NCBI GenBank assembly: GCA_021735045.1
Contig: JAIPHU010000002.1
Span: 30,001 to 62,000 of the forward strand
Source: Candidatus Omnitrophota bacterium
GTDB taxonomy: Bacteria > Omnitrophota > Gorgyraeia > Duberdicusellales > 4484-171
Length of the DNA stretch: 32,000 nucleotides
Direction: 5' to 3'
The notes beneath the pieces were generated by a model. It was not told where the DNA came from, made no database searches, and worked only from the letters and a program-made list of their open reading frames with translations. The position numbers and the translations under genes are program-made. Shown piece after piece: positions 31,228 to 32,000 of the stretch. Positions within the stretch are counted from its first letter, which is position 1; the number at the start of each line of letters is the position of its first letter.

Positions 31228-31559
31228 AGGTAGAAATTTCATTTAAATATTTAAAAAAGAGCAGTTTTGTTAATAGTGTTTTAGACAGTGATATAGAAAA
31301 AATAAAACGTAAACTGCAGATATTTAAAAAAGATGATCCAGTTCATCTTTCAGTACATATTGAGAAAAATCCTCACAAGGAAGAGTATTATTGCCGGTCT
31401 CATATTTACCTGCCTAAAGCTAAAACAATTGTGGCTAATGAAAAAAGTAGGAATGTAACCGCAGCAATCAACAAGAGCTTTCGGGGTTTAAGTAGGCAGC
31501 TGGCTAAGGTTAAGACCAAGCTGGAGAAACATCTCCAAAAAAAAAGAACTCGAAGATAA
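31224..31559 (+). CDS. hpf: ribosome hibernation/translation inhibitor protein, short HPF/RaiA (S30AE) family
   Basis: The 111-aa protein has the S30AE-like layout (VEISFKYLKK...LSVHIEK...YYCRSHIYLP...ANEKSRNVTAAINKSFRGLSRQLAKVK). GTG start with SD GGAGGA, overlapping the clpB stop (GTGA). Confidence 0.7.
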   Translation: MKVEISFKYLKKSSFVNSVLDSDIEKIKRKLQIFKKDDPVHLSVHIEKNPHKEEYYCRSHIYLPKAKTIVANEKSRNVTAAINKSFRGLSRQLAKVKTKLEKHLQKKRTRR

Positions 31560-31572
31560 TTTAGATAAGAGC

Positions 31573-31600
31573 TTGACACAAAAGTTTTGTATGCTAACAT
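31573..31600 (+). promoter_or_regulatory. sigma70-like promoter of hrcA
   Basis: TTGACA (31573..31578), 16 nt spacer, TAACAT (31595..31600), immediately followed by a CIRCE. Confidence 0.6.
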
Positions 31601-31601
31601 A

Positions 31602-31628
31602 TTAGCACTCCCCGATTCAGAGTGCTAA
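31602..31628. promoter_or_regulatory. CIRCE operator upstream of hrcA (autoregulation)
   Basis: TTAGCACTC-N9-GAGTGCTAA is a perfect consensus match. Confidence 0.95.
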
Positions 31629-31652
31629 ACTAAATTAAAAAGTAGTTAAACT

Positions 31653-32000
31653 ATGGGAAAAACTATTAATAAAAAAGAAAGAGAAGCGGAAATCCTTGAG
31701 CTAATAATTAGCAGTTATATCCGGGAATCTAAGCCGATTAGTTCTAGTTACCTTTGTTCTGAATATGATCTTGACTATTCTTCGGCTACTGTCCGTAGTG
31801 TAATGCATAATCTAGAGGAAAAAGGGTTGATTGCACATATTCATACTTCTAGCGGAAGAGTTCCGACCAAAGAAGGGTTTAAGTATTATGTAGCAACTTT
31901 GAATCCAGAACGTTTTGGTACCTTTTACAATGTAGAGTTAGATTTTTCTTCTCTAACCAGTTTACATCAGATAATGCAATATAGTTTGGATAGTCTGTCT
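31653..32000 (+). CDS. hrcA: heat-inducible transcription repressor HrcA. The N-terminal ~115 aa are present and the gene continues past the right edge.
   Basis: This gene is not in the ORF track because it has no stop in the window. My translation is MGKTINKKEREAEILELIISSYIRESKPISSSYLCSEYDLDYSSATVRSVMHNLEEKGLIAHIHTSSGRVPTKEGFKYY. This is the HrcA winged-helix N-terminus (SSATIRN.M..LE..GL...HTSSGR.PT..G.R.Y pattern). Confidence 0.88.
   Translation, partial: MGKTINKKEREAEILELIISSYIRESKPISSSYLCSEYDLDYSSATVRSVMHNLEEKGLIAHIHTSSGRVPTKEGFKYYVATLNPERFGTFYNVELDFSSLTSLHQIMQYSLDSLS

Noticed and set aside
1-32000. tRNA, rRNA, tmRNA, RNase P or SRP RNA genes, a CRISPR array, integrase/transposase genes, prophage or toxin-antitoxin modules, and sigma54 (TGGCAC-N5-TTGC) promoters.
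   Set aside because: Intergenic regions are short and AT-rich. None shows cloverleaf-type or other recognisable conserved RNA signatures by eye, and no ORF has mobile-element or defence-system motifs. A proper tRNAscan, Infernal or HMM scan would be needed to be certain.

Overview
This is a gene-dense, AT-rich bacterial chromosomal window (G+C about mid-30s % by eye, not computed). I support 36 protein-coding genes, 34 of them on the + strand. There are no rRNA or tRNA genes, no CRISPR array, and no recognisable transposase, integrase or phage genes.

Gene content from left to right:
- a polyprenyl diphosphate synthase on the - strand, cut by the left edge
- sufC-sufB Fe-S cluster assembly
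- class I aldolase fbaB
- a small ferredoxin
- an AraC-output response regulator with a PAS histidine kinase
- a long co-directional redox and damage block: polX, glutaredoxin-like, receiver-only response regulator, thioredoxin reductase, hemerythrin, nicotinamidase, then superoxide reductase and a coiled-coil protein
- a tandem-HD hydrolase with a tiny membrane protein
- a PilZ protein on the - strand
- a ferredoxin-fragment ORF, then rtcB, a TRASH/YHS-permease and a YihY family protein
- a lysine-rich EF-Tu-domain-2-like protein
- a B12-type radical SAM enzyme
- trehalose synthase TreT
- an FKBP isomerase
- an ArsC/LMW-PTP protein
- miaB, a TPR/SPOR protein and miaA
- hflX
- a heat-shock locus: hspR-like, CIRCE, hsp20, clpB, hpf, CIRCE, hrcA (cut by the right edge)

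The gene content suggests an anaerobic or microaerophilic, probably uncultivated, bacterium. I cannot assign taxonomy from the sequence.

I see no obvious novel multi-gene defence or mobile system. The unusual signals are at the DNA/RNA level:
1. A G-free octamer repeat (AATTAACC) appears to form the whole 5' leader of two genes that lack a Shine-Dalgarno (SD) sequence (the AraC response regulator and clpB).
2. A strictly spaced bipartite motif (GtrGAwAAAAGTCAAAA-N14-CCAGTT) is shared by three promoters driving repair and oxidative-stress genes.
3. Short GC-rich, CGAAG-dense repeat elements occur, two of them inserted in frame in a miaB that also lacks its TRAM domain. A related structured element lies in the ferredoxin leader.
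4. At least six genes have a -10 box 6-9 nt from the ATG and no SD, so they look leaderless, while their neighbours carry strong GGAGG sites.
5. hsp20 is flanked by inverted copies of a CIRCE operator that includes its spacer.

All promoter, RNA-structure and function statements come from reading the sequence by eye. They need computation or experiment to confirm.
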